This document shows, in pieces, positions 61,966-64,000 of a stretch of DNA of 64,000 nucleotides; position 1 is the first letter of the stretch; each line of letters begins with the position of its first letter. A model generated the notes under the pieces. It was not told where the DNA came from and made no database searches. It saw only the letters and a list, made by a program, of their open reading frames with translations. The stretch spans positions 2,208,001 through 2,272,000 of the forward strand of contig OY761611.1 in NCBI GenBank assembly GCA_963664875.1, given 5' to 3'. The position numbers and the translations under genes were made by a program. The stretch is from Candidatus Kapaibacterium sp. Lineage in GTDB: Bacteria; Bacteroidota; Ignavibacteria; Kapaibacteriales; UBA2268.

Positions 61966-64000
61966 ATGAATCAGAGAAAAGAATTATATCTGATAGACGG
62001 TATGAGTGTCGTATTTAGAGCTTTCCATGCGATGAGTCGTTCGGATTTGACCTCCCCGTCAGGAATGCCTTCGGGAGCTATATTTGCTTTTGTAAATATT
62101 ATTACGAGGCTTTTAGAAAAACAAAAACCGGAGCACATAGCCTGTGTTTTTGACAGGTCAGAGCCTACTTTCAGGCACGAAATGTATCCTGAATACAAGG
62201 CAAACCGAGACGAATTCCCTCAGGAGTTAGTACCCCAGTTACCAATAATTAAACAATTCCTTGATTTAATTGGTATGCAGCGAATAGAAAAACCCGGTTT
62301 TGAGGCTGATGATATAATAGGAACACTTGCCAAAAGAGCATCTGATGACGGATTCAAAGTGATATGTTTGACTAATGACAAAGATTATTATCAGTTAGTC
62401 AATGACAATACCTTGCTCTACAAACCTCAAAAAGGTGATGAATTTGATATAGTAGATATTGAAGCTGTTAAAGATAAATTTGGTGTAAGCCCGGAACAGG
62501 TAATTGATGTGCTTGCATTGATGGGTGACGCAAGCGACAATGTCCCCGGAGTAAAAGGTATAGGCGAAAAAACCGCAATTCCTATGGTACAGGAGTTTGG
62601 CTCTGTAGAAGGTATATATCAAAATCTTGATAAAATCACACGCAAGGCTGTACTAACAAAGCTGGAAAGTGATAAGGATAAAGCATTTCTTTCCAAAAAG
62701 CTCGTAACTATCGATACCAATGTTGATTTGGAACTTCACCATGCAGATATTAAATTAAGCACACCGGATTACTCGCAGTTAGATGTCTTATTCAAAAATC
62801 TCGGATTTCGCACTTTACGTGAAAAATGGCTCGCCAAAGCCGGTACTGATTATACTATCCCATCGATCGAAAGCGAGAGTAATGAAGATTCCGAATATGA
62901 AGATATTAAGCAGGAAATAGTGGGATTTGATTCTAAATCAGTTAATTACAAGCTGATCAGCACAGAAACGGAGTTAGATAGCATCATTAGTCAAATTAAG
63001 GAAAATCAACTCCTTAGTTTTGATCTTGAGACAGACGCTTTGGATAGGCTATCCTGCAATATTGTAGGTGTCGCACTTTCGTGGAAGGAAGGTTCGGCAT
63101 GCTATATATCTGTTTCAGGCAGTGCCCCCGACGGAAAATCACATATTCGACAAGCTGCCTCACTGTTCGATGAACCACAGGAAGAAATCCCATTTGCAGA
63201 CAGTTGCATCCCTGTAGAAACAGCATTAGCAAAACTAAAACCTATTTTAGAGAATGAAAACATCCCTAAATGCGGGCAAAATGCAAAATTTGATATGTAT
63301 ATTCTTAAGCGATATGGTGTCGAAGTAAACGGATTTTTGATAGACTCAATGTTAGCTTCGTATTTGCTCGACCCTGCAGAAAAACACAATATGGATGCTC
63401 TTGCAGTCAAATGGCTTAATTATGAGCCTATAAGCATAACCTCACTTATAGGAGAAAAGAAAAAAGATCAGAAATCAATGCGAGATCTCCATCCTACTGA
63501 AGTTTCAAATTATGCCTGCGAAGATGCCGACATCACTCTTCGACTTTGCAACCTGTTATCCAAAAAGATACGCGAAGAAAAACTGGAGCGCTTAGCTTAT
63601 GAAATAGAATTCCCTTTGACAAAAGTGCTTACAGACATGGAATTTGAGGGAGCAAAAATTGACGAAGCAGCGTTAAAAGAGTTAAGTGTCGAAATGAAAA
63701 AAGACCTCGAACTTCTTACTAAAAAGATATATTCAGAAGCAGGTGCAGAATTCAATATAGATTCACCTAAACAGTTAGGTCATATATTATTTGAAAAGTT
63801 AATGATACCTCCCGTCAAAAAAACAAAGACGGGCTATAGCACAGATGTGGAGGTAATGAATGAGCTTTCTCAGACTTACCCTATTGCAGAGCTAATATTG
63901 GAATACCGCAGTCTTGCAAAATTGCTTTCTACATACATAGACGCTTTGCCAAAACTCGTAAATCCCACAACAGGCAGGATACATACAACTTATAATCAGA
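61966..64000 (+). CDS. polA: DNA polymerase I (3' end runs off the window)
   Basis: Absent from the ORF track; translated by hand: MNQRKELYLIDGMSVVFRAF, YKANR, GFEADDIIGTLA, GDASDNVPGVKGIGEKTA, FDLET, FNIDSPKQL, KLLSTY, TGRIHT. Confidence 0.97.
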   Translation, partial: MNQRKELYLIDGMSVVFRAFHAMSRSDLTSPSGMPSGAIFAFVNIITRLLEKQKPEHIACVFDRSEPTFRHEMYPEYKANRDEFPQELVPQLPIIKQFLDLIGMQRIEKPGFEADDIIGTLAKRASDDGFKVICLTNDKDYYQLVNDNTLLYKPQKGDEFDIVDIEAVKDKFGVSPEQVIDVLALMGDASDNVPGVKGIGEKTAIPMVQEFGSVEGIYQNLDKITRKAVLTKLESDKDKAFLSKKLVTIDTNVDLELHHADIKLSTPDYSQLDVLFKNLGFRTLREKWLAKAGTDYTIPSIESESNEDSEYEDIKQEIVGFDSKSVNYKLISTETELDSIISQIKENQLLSFDLETDALDRLSCNIVGVALSWKEGSACYISVSGSAPDGKSHIRQAASLFDEPQEEIPFADSCIPVETALAKLKPILENENIPKCGQNAKFDMYILKRYGVEVNGFLIDSMLASYLLDPAEKHNMDALAVKWLNYEPISITSLIGEKKKDQKSMRDLHPTEVSNYACEDADITLRLCNLLSKKIREEKLERLAYEIEFPLTKVLTDMEFEGAKIDEAALKELSVEMKKDLELLTKKIYSEAGAEFNIDSPKQLGHILFEKLMIPPVKKTKTGYSTDVEVMNELSQTYPIAELILEYRSLAKLLSTYIDALPKLVNPTTGRIHTTYNQ

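Noticed and set aside
597-63410. Numerous 60-160 aa ORFs overlapping long genes (e.g. 5579-5998, 18353-18814, 21934-22386, 53145-53618, 63102-63410)
   Set aside because: Antisense or alternate-frame shadows of well-supported CDSs, with no motifs or RBS support
1-64000. CRISPR array, tRNA/rRNA genes, prophage, integrase or transposase genes
   Set aside because: No regularly spaced short repeats, cloverleaf or rRNA signatures, or recombinase motifs were seen; the repeats found are protein-domain repeats or the described arms

Overview
AT-rich bacterial chromosomal window, most consistent with an FCB-group organism of the Ca. Kapabacteria/Ignavibacteria type. This is an inference from the many type IX secretion (T9SS) C-terminal sorting domains, the PD40/OmpA proteins and the clear AGGAG Shine-Dalgarno sites. 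Housekeeping genes are trkA-trkH, rsmB and a partial polA. The envelope and signalling content includes: a VWA-OmpA gene; an uncharacterised operon (a GldM-like bitopic protein plus two paralogous beta-barrels); two tandem-OmpA proteins; three giant poly-HAMP chemoreceptors; a cobalamin-riboswitch-controlled B12 uptake operon in which two putative B12-binding proteins carry T9SS tags; two PAS histidine kinases; and a YfiR-like/chemoreceptor/two TonB-dependent-receptor operon. The most striking DNA-level structure is at 41.4-46.2 kb. Two stacked cassettes each begin with an identical 134-bp arm (3' end of an FN3 gene plus its terminator) and end with a ~98% identical, GC-rich 308-bp T9SS-tag module, while their interiors show no DNA similarity. 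A small MITE-like element containing a REP-like hairpin lies at ~26 kb. No rRNA, tRNA, CRISPR array, integrase or transposase gene was seen. All family calls come from motif recognition by eye; no database searches were run.
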